Below, in pieces: positions 11,810 to 23,077 of a DNA stretch of 32,000 bases (its first letter is position 1; each line of letters opens with the position of its first letter). The stretch covers positions 960,001-992,000 of the forward strand of contig CP006913.1 of the NCBI GenBank assembly GCA_000503875.1, given 5' to 3'. The position numbers and the translations under genes were made by a program. The notes below the pieces were generated by a model. The model worked only from the letters and a program-made list of their open reading frames with translations, made no database searches and was not told the DNA's origin. The DNA is from Candidatus Saccharimonadota bacterium (lineage in GTDB: Bacteria > Patescibacteriota > Gracilibacteria > Absconditabacterales > Absconditicoccaceae).

Positions 11810-14800
11810 ATGGATTCACTAAATAGAAAAAAAAAATTAGCAGATTTAATATGAAGCTATATAAGCTTTAAAAACGATTGAAAGTTAGATTTAACTTCTG
11901 AAGAAACTATCAGAAATTGGTTAAATGATTTTTTGAATATCTTTAATCGAGATACAAAAGATACTTCTCAAATCTTACAAGAAAAAATTTTATCTCAAGA
12001 AGAAAAGAAAAAGCTAGAAGAAATTTGATCCCAAAACAATAGACCAGACTATACATTCAAAATTGCAAAACAAAAATTAACATTTTTAGATGCAAAAGAT
12101 ATTTCTGTAAATTTATATACAGACAAAAGCTCAGCTTTTCAAATTAAATCATATTGATGGTCTATTATGGCACCATGTGCATTTATTTCTAATTTTGAAG
12201 AATTTGTAATATATGATTGCACATATATGCCAGACAAAGACCATCCAGCAAATTTTGGTAGAAAATATTTTAAAATAAATGAATATTTAGATAATTTTGA
12301 AGAATTAGAGAATCACTTACTTAAGGAAAATATCTATAACTGAAAACTTAAAGAATTATATATTTCAAATAATACCAAGCTTTCTAATGAAACACCTGAT
12401 ATAAAATTTGCTTGATTATTGTCTAATTTTAGATTGGATTTAGCAAATGATATTTTAGTCAACAATCAAGAATTAATTTGAGACAATACAGAAGTATTGA
12501 GTTATATAGTACAAGTGATTATAAATAGAATTTTATTCGTTCGTGTTTGTGAAGCAAGAAAAATAGAAGAAGAATGATATCTGTTAGAATTTAAAAAAAA
12601 ATGATTTCGAGATTTATTTAAAAAGACATCCTATTTTGATTTTTATGAGCATTATGATTGACCATTATTCGAAAGGATAAAACTTTTACAAGATATAAAA
12701 ATCTCTAATACTATTTTTGACAAACTTTTGCCTTATTTATATTACCCATCTCCATATAGATTTGATGTAATACCTACAAAGCTATTGAGTGATATATATG
12801 AAATATTTTTGTCTAAAAAAATAACTATAACAGATTGAATTTGTAAAGATCAATTTAAGAGCGAATATATAAAAACCAAATGAGCAGTTAGTACACCACA
12901 ATATATTGTTCAAGATATAATAAAGAGAACCATTAAAGAAGATGATATCTTAAATTTAAAAGATAGAACTATTCTTGATATAAAAGTATTAGATATAGCA
13001 TGTGGTAGTTGAGTTTTTCTTATAGAGCTATATGATTATCTAGAAGACTTACTTAAAAAATATTGAAAAAGAAATATCTCAGAATATAAAAAATATTTTT
13101 TAGACGATACTCTAGAAATAATAAATCTTAAGTGAAAAAAAGCAATTATAGATAATTGTATATTTTGAGTGGATATTGATCCAGAAGCTGTTGAAGTTGC
13201 AAAGATGGCTTTATCGCTAAAAATGATAGACTCTATTGATAATTTAGATTGTTATAATGAAATAGGTATTTTTTGAGAAAAAATACTCAACTGAATCGGT
13301 GAGAATATCCGTTGTGGTAATTCTTTGGTCGAGAATAATATAAAAGACTTATTTCCCAATATTGAAAAAAATCAAGAAGAGTTAATTAAGACCAACCCAT
13401 TTGATTGGAAATCAAAAGAAGGATTTATAGATGTATTTCAATCAAAATGATGATTTGACTATATAATAGGTAACCCACCATATGTCGAAGTTAAAAATTA
13501 TAACACAGATTTACCATATATGCATCAATATATAAAAAGTATTTTTTTGTCGTCTCCTAATTGAAAAGTGGATTTAGCAATACCATTTATAGAAAGAGGG
13601 ATTAATTTACTAAATAAAAATTGAAGACTATGATTTATTGTTCAGAAAAGATTTTTTAAGACTGAGTATTGAAAAAAGATTCGTGAAATTATAACAAGAT
13701 CAAACTATGTATCATCGATTATAGATTTTGAGACAACATCTATATTTAAAGATAGAATGACATATGTTGCTGTTTTAATTTTAGATAAAATAGCTCCTAA
13801 TGATTTTTATTACAGAAAAATACTTGATGGAAAAGATGTAGAAGTAGAATTAAGAAAAATATCTTTACCTGAAAAAAAAATTGAAGAATATATAAAACTA
13901 CCTAGCTCTTCAATATCAGGGAATCCACGAAGTTTTGATGATCATCAATTATTAAGAATTAAAACCGATTTTATAAAATTGTGAACTTTCGGAGATTTTG
14001 CAAAAATTAAAGTTTGAATACAAGTGCTTCGAGATAAGGCATATCACATAAAAGCAAAAATAGTTAAAGATTGATTCATTATATGAGACACTCATTTAGA
14101 AAAAGGAATAAAAATAGAAGAAGAGGCATGTCGTTGATTGATATGTAATGAAAACTACTATCCATATCATTCCGATAAAACTGATACATATGTAATATTT
14201 CCTTATGATATTAATGATTGAGAGTCAAAAGAAATATTATTTAATGATTTTTGAAAAAGATACCCACTAGCTTATGCATATTTACTTAAAAATAAAACAA
14301 TTATTAAAAATAATGTTGAAACACATGATGATGATCAAAAATGGCATTTATTCACTAGAGTTCAAAACCATTGAGCTACATACAATAAGATATTAATCCC
14401 AATGACATCACTAGATACTTTTGCATCAGTTTCTTTTTCAGATAACATCTATTGTGATAATGCAAATATGTACTTTATTGAATTAAAATCTAAAGGAAAA
14501 GAAGATTTATATTCTGTTTCAGCAATAATAAACTCAACTATTTTCTCTGTATTTGCTAGATCTATAGCGAATCCACAATCTAACTGATATTTTAAATTTA
14601 ATAAACAATTTTTAGATCCAGTACCTTTCCCTATAGATAATTATAATAATAATCCTGAAATAGTAAAAAGTTTAGCAAAAATCTCTATGGAAATTGAAGA
14701 GACACAAAATAAATTTATTTTATCTTCACCATCACAAAAAAGAATTCTTTGAAATATACTGTTAGATAAATGGAAAGAACTTGATAATCTAGCCTACAAA

Positions 14801-14881
14801 ATATATGGTGTAAAAGAAGAAGATATTGATTTTTTCAATAGTTATTGAAGGAATTTTGATAGAATTAATATTTTAAATTAA
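11810..14881 (+). CDS. Type IIG restriction-modification enzyme (Eco57I-like fused endonuclease, gamma-class N6-adenine methyltransferase and specificity domain)
   Basis: 1023 aa, checked open line by line. The N-terminal PD-(D/E)xK signature is RPDYTF...LTFLDAKD (12044-12097). SAM motif I is DIACGSGVFL (12992-13021, the final Gly of GSG encoded by TGA). GVDIDPEAVEVAKMAL follows, then motif IV GNPPYV (NPPY at 13472-13483). A TaqI_C-like tail carries GYFKFNKQFLDPVPFP. Confidence 0.85.
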
Positions 14882-14889
14882 GATTACTA

Positions 14890-16725
14890 ATGGATAAAAA
14901 ACTTAAAGAAATTCTTAAAAAGTTTAGTAACAATGAAAATACTTTAGATAAAGTAATTGTTTCTACTTTTATTGAATCAAACAATATTTGTGTCAAAAAA
15001 AATAAACTCATCAAATGACTCTTGATCAAAGATGATGACTCCCTTAAAGAGCATATTAATCAAATGCCATTCACATTTGATGATTTAGTCGAAGTCTTTG
15101 AATCAATTATTCCTGAGAATGAAAGAACAATTAATTGAGCAGTATATACACCAAATCATATAAAAGATTTTATTGTCCAAAGTGTTTTCAAAAGGAATAA
15201 AAAAAATATTACTGATCTAATAGTATGAGATATATCTTGTGGGTGTTGAGCATTTCTTTACACTCTATCTAATCATATAAAGCAAGAAACCAATAAGAGC
15301 TTTGGTGCTATTTTTAAAGACAATATTTGGTGACTAGATATTAGTAAAAATAGTATTAAGAGAGCTAAAATACTTCTTTCTCTTTTAGCTCTTTCAAAGT
15401 GAGAAGATGAAGTAGATTTTGAATTTAATTTATTTGTCGACAATGCACTTAGTTTTGATTGGAATAAGATTTCGAAAATTAAAAAAAATTGATGATTTGA
15501 TATCATAGTTTGAAATCCACCATATGTAAGAGCTAAGAATATAGATGTAAACACAAAAGTACTTCTAAAAAAATGGGATATTACAAAATCTGGAAATCCA
15601 GACTTATACATTCCTTTTTTTGAGATATGATTAAATTATCTTAAAACTGACTGAATATTATCATATATCACAGTAAATACATTTTATAAAAGCTTAAATG
15701 CTAGAGCATTTAGAGGTTTTATGACTAAAAAAAAATATGAATTAGCGATAATAGATTTTGGAGATGAAAAAGTCTTTGGAAATAAATCTGTATACACATG
15801 TATTTGTTTTCTATCCAAAAAAGAGACGGAAAATATATCTTTTACGAAACATTCTAGTAAACTATTGGAGACATATAATAAATTAAAATTTACAAAAATT
15901 GCTTATAGCAGTTTAGATTCAGAAAAAGGATGGCTTTTAAGTGAAAAAAGTATTATTAACAATATTAATAAAGTTGAAAGATGTTGAACTGCATTATGAT
16001 CTTTATATAAAATCAAGAACTGAATTGCTACATTAAGTAATGATATTTATATTTTCAAACCGATTTGAGAAGAAGGTGAATATTTTATCCTAAAACAATG
16101 AACAAAGAAATATAAAATTGAAAAAGCTATTTGTCGTGACATAATTAAACCTAATATATTAAAATATGAGCATGAAATTGAAGGAAAAAAAGAAAAAATT
16201 ATATATCCTTATACAAATTGAATTTCTCCTCTTACACTAATGAAAGAGGCTAATTTAAAAAATAATTTTCCTAAAGCATATAAATATTTGTCCGATAATA
16301 GGAAACTATTACAATTAAGAGATAAAGGCGACTGAAACTATGAAAATTGGTTTGCTTTTGGTAGATCACAAGCATTAAGTGATAAGTGATATAAATTATT
16401 ATTCCCATATATGGGGAAAAAACCATTTTTTGTGTTTACAACCCAAAAAGATCTATTAATTTATTGTTGATATGCGATATTTTCAGAATCTAAGGAAGAT
16501 TTGCTTATGCTAAAAAAAATACTAGAATCTTCGGTATTTGAATATTATATTAATAGCACAAGTAAACCATACTCATGATGATATTTTTCTTATGCTAAAA
16601 ATTATATTAAAAATTTTAATATTTGTAAACTAAATAAAAAAGATAAAGAATACCTCATAATGGAAACAAACAAAGATAAAATAAATAAATTTTTAATTAA
16701 GAAATATGATATAGAAATAAAATAA
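14890..16725 (+). CDS. N6-adenine DNA methyltransferase, Eco57I/TaqI-like (stand-alone companion methylase)
   Basis: 611 aa, starting 8 nt after the upstream stop. Motif I is DISCGCGAFL (15229-15258, Gly encoded by TGA). Motif IV is IVGNPPYV (NPPY at 15514-15525). The C-terminal specificity-like region ends in GGYFSYAKNYIKNF. Confidence 0.85.
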
Positions 16726-16798
16726 CTAAACATAAAAACATTACTGCTATTGGTCTTAATAATGAGATTATTGTGTATCTTTAAACAATCTTCTAGAT

Positions 16799-19228
16799 AT
16801 GAAAATAAATAAAATAAAAAAAATCATATATAAATCATACCTTGATTTTGATCGAGAAAGAGTTTGTATAAAGAAAAATTTGCAAGAAGCGAAGTTTGAT
16901 AAATTCAACATAATCTTTTGAGAAAACTGATCGGGAAAATCATCTATTTGTGAAATATTTAAAAGCATATCTTTAAGCGATGGGTTCTCCTTTGATAATA
17001 TTAAGCCTGAAAAAATAATCCTAGAAGTCGAAACAATTGTAAATAAAGAGAATAAGAATCCACAAACCTGAGAGATATTTATTAAAACAGATAAAGAAGA
17101 AAAAATATATACTTATGAACAAGATCTATGGAATAATAATTTAGATAAAGACTCACTATTATTTTTTGATGTGGATTATATCAATAAAAATATACATACT
17201 CACTGAGAAAGACTTAATACTCAGTGACATCATACACAAAATTCATGAAAACTAATAATTGCACTAGATGAACAAGCCAATAATATGCAAGAAGAAATTA
17301 ATAATCAAGATATTGTCATTCAAGATTATAAAGAAATTAATAAGGGAATACTTTCTCATAAACTAGAGGAAAACGATTATAAAATATATAATTTGTACAA
17401 AGATGAAACTATAGAAAAAATTGAATTACATGAAATAGAGCTTAAGGAAAAAAACAACCTTCTGAGAGAAAAGGAGAAGAAAATAAATGAACTAAAAAAC
17501 AAATTTAATGAAATATCTACTATTTTACTAGATCAGACTAGTTTTTCTGAATTTAGTTTACCTAGCCAGCAATTAATCCAAGAACTATTTGATAGAAAAA
17601 TTCAACAAATAGGTATAGCAAGTGCAAATATAACCATAAAAGAACATTTTGATAAACATAAAAATTTTCTAGTTAAAGATGATAATTATAAGAAAATCAC
17701 AGAAAATGTAGAATGAATTTGTCCACTTTGTTCACAAAAACTAGAAAACATAGATGATGTGATTAAATATTACAATTCAGTTTTTGATACTTCATATGAA
17801 ACTGCAAGAACTAAGCATATTCAAGACATAACTAAATTATCTACATCTTTGAAAGATATAATTACTCAATTTAGTATGCTGTGAGGAATTGTACAATGAA
17901 TTTTTTGATATTTTGAAGAAATCTCAAAGAAATATTGAGTTGAAGATATATATAATATGGATTTAAAAAAAACTACTTTAGAAGATTTAAATAAAATTAG
18001 TATACCTACTGAAATCCAAACATTAATAGAGTTGCTATGAACAATTTGAACATTGACATGAGTAAATATTGAAAGCCAATATTTTCCTATTTCCAACTTT
18101 ATTAATGAAATTAATCAACTATTATGAAATGTTAAAAAATATCAAAAAGAATCTAATGATAGAATTTTGCAATTTAAAAGCCAATATTCTGATATTTTAA
18201 CTATCGAAAAACAACTTTGAGAACTGAATATAGAACAACAAAACAATGGTCTTTTGTTATCTTTTTTTAAAGAAAATAAGAAAACACATATAGAAAAATA
18301 TGAAAAAGCAAAAACGGAGTTAAAAAGACTGGAAGACATTAAGAAAGAAAAAGAATCTCAACTTGAAAAATATCTTCAAGAAAAAATTCCCAAAGACTTC
18401 ATAGAAAGAATGATTAAAACCTTGAAAAGGTTTAATCTCCCATTTACTTTACAACATCTATCTGCCAGTAAAAGAGCAAATGATTATACATTTTGATTCA
18501 AGGTCATAGATGATAATTGATTTGAAAGAAACCTAAAAAAATGATTATCAGAATGAGAAAGACAGTTGATATCATTAGCATTTTTCTTTGCAATGAATGA
18601 TAATATAAGCAATAAAGATAAAAAAATATTAATTTTAGATGATCCCATAACTAGTCTTGATTCTCCAAACTTAAAAATATTAGCTGACATAGTAACTGAA
18701 CAAATAAGTTTATATGAACAAGTCATTGTCTTTACACATCATCCACTTTTTTATAAATATTTATCGAAATTTAATTTTCCAAATCCAATAAGATTTTGAA
18801 TATTTAAAAATAGACCAGAACTATGATGAAGTTTTATCTTTTTTGAAGGAGAACAATTCTGTTTAGATACTGAACTTAAAAAACATGGAGAAGAAATAAA
18901 AAAATTAGCCGAGTCTTGAAATCTAAAAAATGAGGAGGTTTGTTTAAAATACTGACAGTTATTGAGACTTGCAGTGGAAAAATTAATTAAATACGATTTA
19001 TTAATGCGAAAAGAAGATAATTTTGAACATATCGCAGACAAATTAAAATCATCTAATTCTCAAATTAGAAAGTTAGATGATACAGATATCGATACCATAA
19101 CAAATATATATAAATACTGTAATTATTCTAATTTAATGCACATTGATAAAGAATCTCCATCCACAATATCAGAATTAATAAATTATATAAACATATATTT
19201 AAAAATAAAAGAAAAACTTAATTCATAG
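16799..19228 (+). CDS. AAA_13-family ABC-type ATPase with coiled-coil insertion, RloC/PrrC-like (putative anticodon nuclease)
   Basis: 809 aa. Walker A is GENGSGKS (16919-16942), with the first two Gly encoded by TGA. A long coiled coil carries CPLC (17720-17731). The signature motif is LSEGERQLISLAFFFA (from 18545), Walker B is ILILDDPITSLD (from 18626) and the H-loop is VFTHH. The C-terminal region has RLAVE (RxxxE, 18965-18979) and a downstream His (NLMH, 19139-19141). Confidence 0.8.
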
Positions 19229-19254
19229 TATTTTGTATTCATAACAACAAATTC

Positions 19255-21078
19255 ATGAAAAAACCAATAACTAAATCCCTCTTTGTTGACTACTGTGACT
19301 TCGAGAAACTTGCCCGATGGAAAGTTAATGATTCTGAAGTTTACAAAAAAATTCGCAAGATAGAATCTGAAGAGCAAGAGGAACATATTATGGCTATTGG
19401 ACAGGCGGTTGAAGAATTAGTCAAAAAATATTTGACTACAAAATATCAATCTGTACCAGTAAATCTTATGCCTCCGATCATTCAAGATCAATTTGAAATA
19501 AATCCTGAAGATGAAGACGATCAGGAGGATTTTATCTATTTCCCAAAAGAATGAGTACAACCTTGGGAAACAATCACGCATAATACAAGAGCTACTCTAG
19601 AAGCGATCAAAAATGGTGAAAAAATATTGTATCAACCATGATTTATGATTGATGGGTGTTTTGTAAGAGCAGATTTCATGGTTCTTCAACCGAATGGACA
19701 GTATGATCTGATCGAAGTAAAAGCCAAATCATGAATTAGAAAAGAAGTAAGTCATGAATGACAGAAAGCAAAAATCTGAGTAATTGATGATAAGTTTAGA
19801 AACGATACAAGCTTCCAAAAACGAGTGATCAATAAAGCATTAGAAAAGGAAGGACTGCCATTACTTGGAGATGTGTTTTTGTATTATCTCAACAAAGATT
19901 ATATCAAACAATGACCAATCGATCCTATGCAATTAGTAACAAAAGATCAAATGGGTATTGCTACATCTGTAACTGTAGAAGGAGAAAAGAAAGCCAAGGT
20001 TATCAATAGAGCCGACAATTTTGTTGATTGAAACACTATCGCAAAGCTCGTGGAAAATATGGAAAAAGAACTCTGGTTACCAGAAGAAGAATTCAATAAA
20101 ATCCATGTATTCCCAGGGAATAAATACCTTAACTATTTTGGTAAAAAACCAGATTTTTGAACGATTTGTGCAATCCCCAAAATGCATTATAGCAAAGCTC
20201 CTGTAGTTCAAAACTTATATTTCAACAATAGATTGAATCTTCTTGAACTTATTGATGAAGAGAAAGATGGATTCAACTCGGCGGACACTCGATGATCTGC
20301 TAGAGAATTTATTGAAAGATTTATTCACTGTACTAAAACAGGCGAGATAATAATCAATAAGGAGAACATCAGAAATATTATCTGAGATTTCAAGTATCCG
20401 ATTTGTTTTTATGATTATGAAACTATCAGTGTGCCAGTTCCTTTATTTGATTATTCCTATGCTTATCAGCAAGTCCCAGTTCAATATTCGCTTCACAAAT
20501 ACTATGAAGATGGTCGTATGGAACATTTTGGATGAGTGCTTGTAGGACAGGGGGAAAGGAAAATCGAACAAGTGACTATTGAAGACAATCCAAACAAAGT
20601 AGATTCTGAATCAGAAAAAGTTATCACCTGATCATACAAAGATTTACTAGAAGAATTACTGACTGATATTGGAGAGCATCTTGATCATTCAACCTGTATC
20701 GTTTGGTATAAACCCTTTGAAAACACAAGAAATAAGGAAGTTGGTAAAATATTCTCAGATATTCAAGATAGATTCTTGAGAATAAATGAAAACACTTATG
20801 ATTTAATGGAAATATTCTCTCAAAATCATTACTTTGATTTAGCTTTCCATGGATCAAATTCTATTAAAAAGGTACTACCTGTAATGGTTCCAAGTATGAC
20901 TTATGAAGGTATGAAAGTTTGAAACTGATCTATTGCGATGCAAAAATTAGAAAAACTTATCAACGGAGAAATATCTGATCCGATTGAGAGATTGGAAGTT
21001 ACAAAAAATCTGTTAAAATATTGCGGACAGGATTCACTTGCTATGGTTAGAATATTTGAGAGACTTTTAAATCTTTAA
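19255..21078 (+). CDS. DUF2779-like protein: N-terminal PD-(D/E)xK (Cas4/RecB-like) domain plus C-terminal DEDD/RNase H-like exonuclease domain
   Basis: 607 aa, checked open line by line. The N-terminal part has RADFMVLQPNGQYDLIEVKAKS (D...ExK) and DTSFQKRV. The C-terminal part has CFYDYETISVPVPLF (DxE), VWYKPFENTR, HGSNSIKKVLPVM and YCGQDSLAMVRIFERL. The family call is from remembered motif patterns. Confidence 0.65.
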
Positions 21079-21087
21079 TTCTTTATT

Positions 21088-21948
21088 ATGCCAACACCAA
21101 AAACAATAATTACATATCTCGTTGATGGTAATCCTCAAGGGATAAAAACTGTTGAACTTTCAAACTGGAATGGGAAAGCTTTAAGTATTCCAAGAGCTAG
21201 TTTGAAAGAAGCAAAAAACAGACCAGAAACTAATCAACCAGCATTATATTTTCTTTTTGGTGAGGATGAAAACGAAAATAAAATGGCATATATTTGAGAA
21301 GCTGAAAATGTTATTCAAAGGATGGCAGATCATGACAGTAAAAAAGAGTTTTGGGATACGGTTGTAGCTTTTATATCAACATCAAATTCCCTTACGAAAG
21401 CTGATGTAAAATATCTTGAAGCAAGAGCCGTAGATAGGGCAAAAAAAGCAAATAGATATATTTTACAAAATTCTACAGCCCCAATACCAAACAATCTACC
21501 AGAATTTCAACAATCAGCTATGGAGGAATTTTTACAAAATGTTGATTTACTCATATCAGCGATGTGATATCCAATTCTAAAAGAAATTGAAAAAGCAAAA
21601 ATAGAAAAGGAAAATATGTATTATCTAAATTCAAGATGATCAGATGCAAAATGAGTATATATGGAAGATGGATTTCTTGTCCTTAAATGAAGCTCTTGAC
21701 CAAAGGAGATGGTTAAATCAACTATTGAAAACGAAAGAATGGCTTTTAGACATAGACCAATTCTTCTTGAGAAAGGTATTATAAAAGAAGAATGAGAAAA
21801 TATTATATTTTTATCTGACTACTTATTTACCAGTCCAAGCTCAGCATCAGATATCATTGTTGGCAGAGATACAAACTGATGGATAGTTTGGAAAGATAAA
21901 GACGGAAAGACTCTTGATGAAAATGAAAGAAAAAATCTTACTTCTTAG
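21088..21948 (+). CDS. GIY-YIG nuclease domain protein with DUF4357-like C-terminal domain
   Basis: 286 aa, starting 9 nt after the upstream stop. It has ALYFLFGEDENENKMAYIGEAENVIQRMADH, where the G of YIG is encoded by TGA 21295-21297. The C-terminal motif is FTSPSSASDIIVGRDTNGWIVWKDKDGKTLDE. Confidence 0.7.
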
Positions 21949-22279
21949 TTTTCCAACTAGATACCTTTTTGATCTTAGGTTTCTTTACAGGTTCTTTTTC
22001 AACTTCCACTTTAGGCTCTACTACATTTTCAATTATATGGTCTGGTTCCTTGATAGTCACTTCTTCAATTGGGGTGGCTTTTTCTATAGTTCCATCAAGA
22101 AATTTCTGAAGCTCTGATATATGACTTTCAACAAACTCTCTGATTTTTACAAAACTCTCATCTGACGGTTCTTGAATTTTCTTTTGCCATCTGTTAAGTT
22201 GTGCGACTTTGATTCTCATAGTCTCTGCTATGTCTCTGTCTCTTTTTCTTAAAATAGTTAATAATGCTGGTACATTCAT
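21938..22279 (-). CDS. Small HTH (Cro/XRE-like) DNA-binding protein with acidic/lysine-rich tail
   Basis: ATG at 22279 (the track's TTG start at 22288 is in the same frame). The N-terminus, MNVPALLTILRKRDRDIAETMRIKVAQLNRWQKK, resembles an XRE helix-turn-helix. It is the last gene of the leftward operon. Confidence 0.45.
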   Translation of the reverse strand: MNVPALLTILRKRDRDIAETMRIKVAQLNRWQKKIQEPSDESFVKIREFVESHISELQKFLDGTIEKATPIEEVTIKEPDHIIENVVEPKVEVEKEPVKKPKIKKVSSWKTKK

Positions 22280-22307
22280 TGGTCGCAAGGTTTTAAAGAG
22301 TAAAAGT

Positions 22308-22517
22308 TTAGCAGATTCCTGCTTGTTCTAAATTTCTAAGGGCTCTTTGATATATTTGAATTTCCTTAGTTGTGGATTTTTCAAATCATTTGAATCCGTA
22401 GACAATAGTTAGGAATTTATCCATTCTTGCCACCCATTCCTTATTGCAGTCAGGTAGTAAAGCTTCGTGGAATTCTCTAATCTTTTTTTGTAGATGGGCT
22501 TTTTTGATTGAATTCAT
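22308..22517 (-). CDS. Hypothetical small protein (69 aa)
   Basis: ATG 22517 to TAA 22308-22310, with one in-frame TGA. It starts 4 nt after the upstream stop. Confidence 0.4.
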
Positions 22518-22520
22518 GGC

Positions 22521-22697
22521 TTATTGATTGTCAGGAATAAAAGGGATTTGCATTCAATTATCCAAAAGTGCATACCAAATACCGTTTTTTTGAAATACCG
22601 CTACCACCTTTACCAATTCAAAGCCTGTCTTTCCGAATTCATATTTTCTTTCTATCTTCAAGGTTTCTCATTTTTTGATTGTTCATTTGTGGAGCAT
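22521..22697 (-). CDS. Hypothetical small protein (58 aa)
   Basis: The protein reads MLHKGTIKKGETLKIERKYEFGKTGFELVKVVAVFQKNGIWYALLDNGMQIPFIPDNQ. The frame is open with three TGA codons. I preferred it over an overlapping frame on composition grounds. Confidence 0.4.
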
Positions 22698-22744
22698 TTT
22701 TGTGGTTAATAAAGAGATAAATGTAGCTTCTTAATTGTGGTTTC

Positions 22745-22772
22745 ATGTTATCTAATAAAAGCTCTTTATCAA
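22745..22772 (-). promoter_or_regulatory. Candidate leftward promoter (TTGATA-N16-TAACAT) inside a conserved 16-mer
   Basis: The -35 is the reverse complement of 22767-22772 and the -10 is the reverse complement of 22745-22750. The 16-mer AGCTCTTTATCAAGTC (22760-22775) is identical to 26542-26557. Confidence 0.4.
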
Positions 22773-22818
22773 GTCCTTAATCAAGATAATCTAGGTATAA
22801 ACTAGCATTACTAACGAT

Positions 22819-23013
22819 TTATAATTTTTTTTTCTTTATCTGTTTTTTGGTAATGAGAAACGGCAAAATCAAAACTAAACCTCCAAAAACCACCAAAGGA
22901 AAATAAACCAATACCAAAAAGAAGCCCAGGAGTAGTAAAGAAACTACGAGCAGATTGAAGATATAGAGTGCTATTATTAGAGATTTTGGTGGTCTCATTT
23001 CTTCAACAATCAT
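22819..23013 (-). CDS. Small membrane protein (64 aa, two TM helices, lysine tail)
   Basis: This track ORF has an ATG start and a TAA stop. Its sequence is strongly hydrophobic (LIIALYIFNLLVVSLLLLGFFLVLVYFPLVVFGGLVLILPFLI). Confidence 0.5.
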   Translation of the reverse strand: MIVEEMRPPKSLIIALYIFNLLVVSLLLLGFFLVLVYFPLVVFGGLVLILPFLITKKQIKKKKL

Positions 23014-23077
23014 ATTACGAGTAAAAAAAGGGAGCAGACATTGTCTGTTGTTCTCCCAAAATTTTATATCTCAGCAT

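Noticed and set aside
15273-15611. 112-aa minus-strand ORF within the methyltransferase gene, and similar ones at 18142-18339, 18484-18726 and 18751-19041 within the AAA_13 gene
   Set aside because: The opposite strand carries catalytic motifs (NPPY, Walker B) in an uninterrupted frame. AT-rich DNA yields long spurious antisense ORFs.
22560-22746. Alternative minus-strand ORF starting at ATG 22746 (MKPQLRSYIYLFINHK...)
   Set aside because: It overlaps the preferred 58-aa frame, starts on top of the predicted -10 element, and translates to a basic, low-complexity sequence. Neither option is proven.
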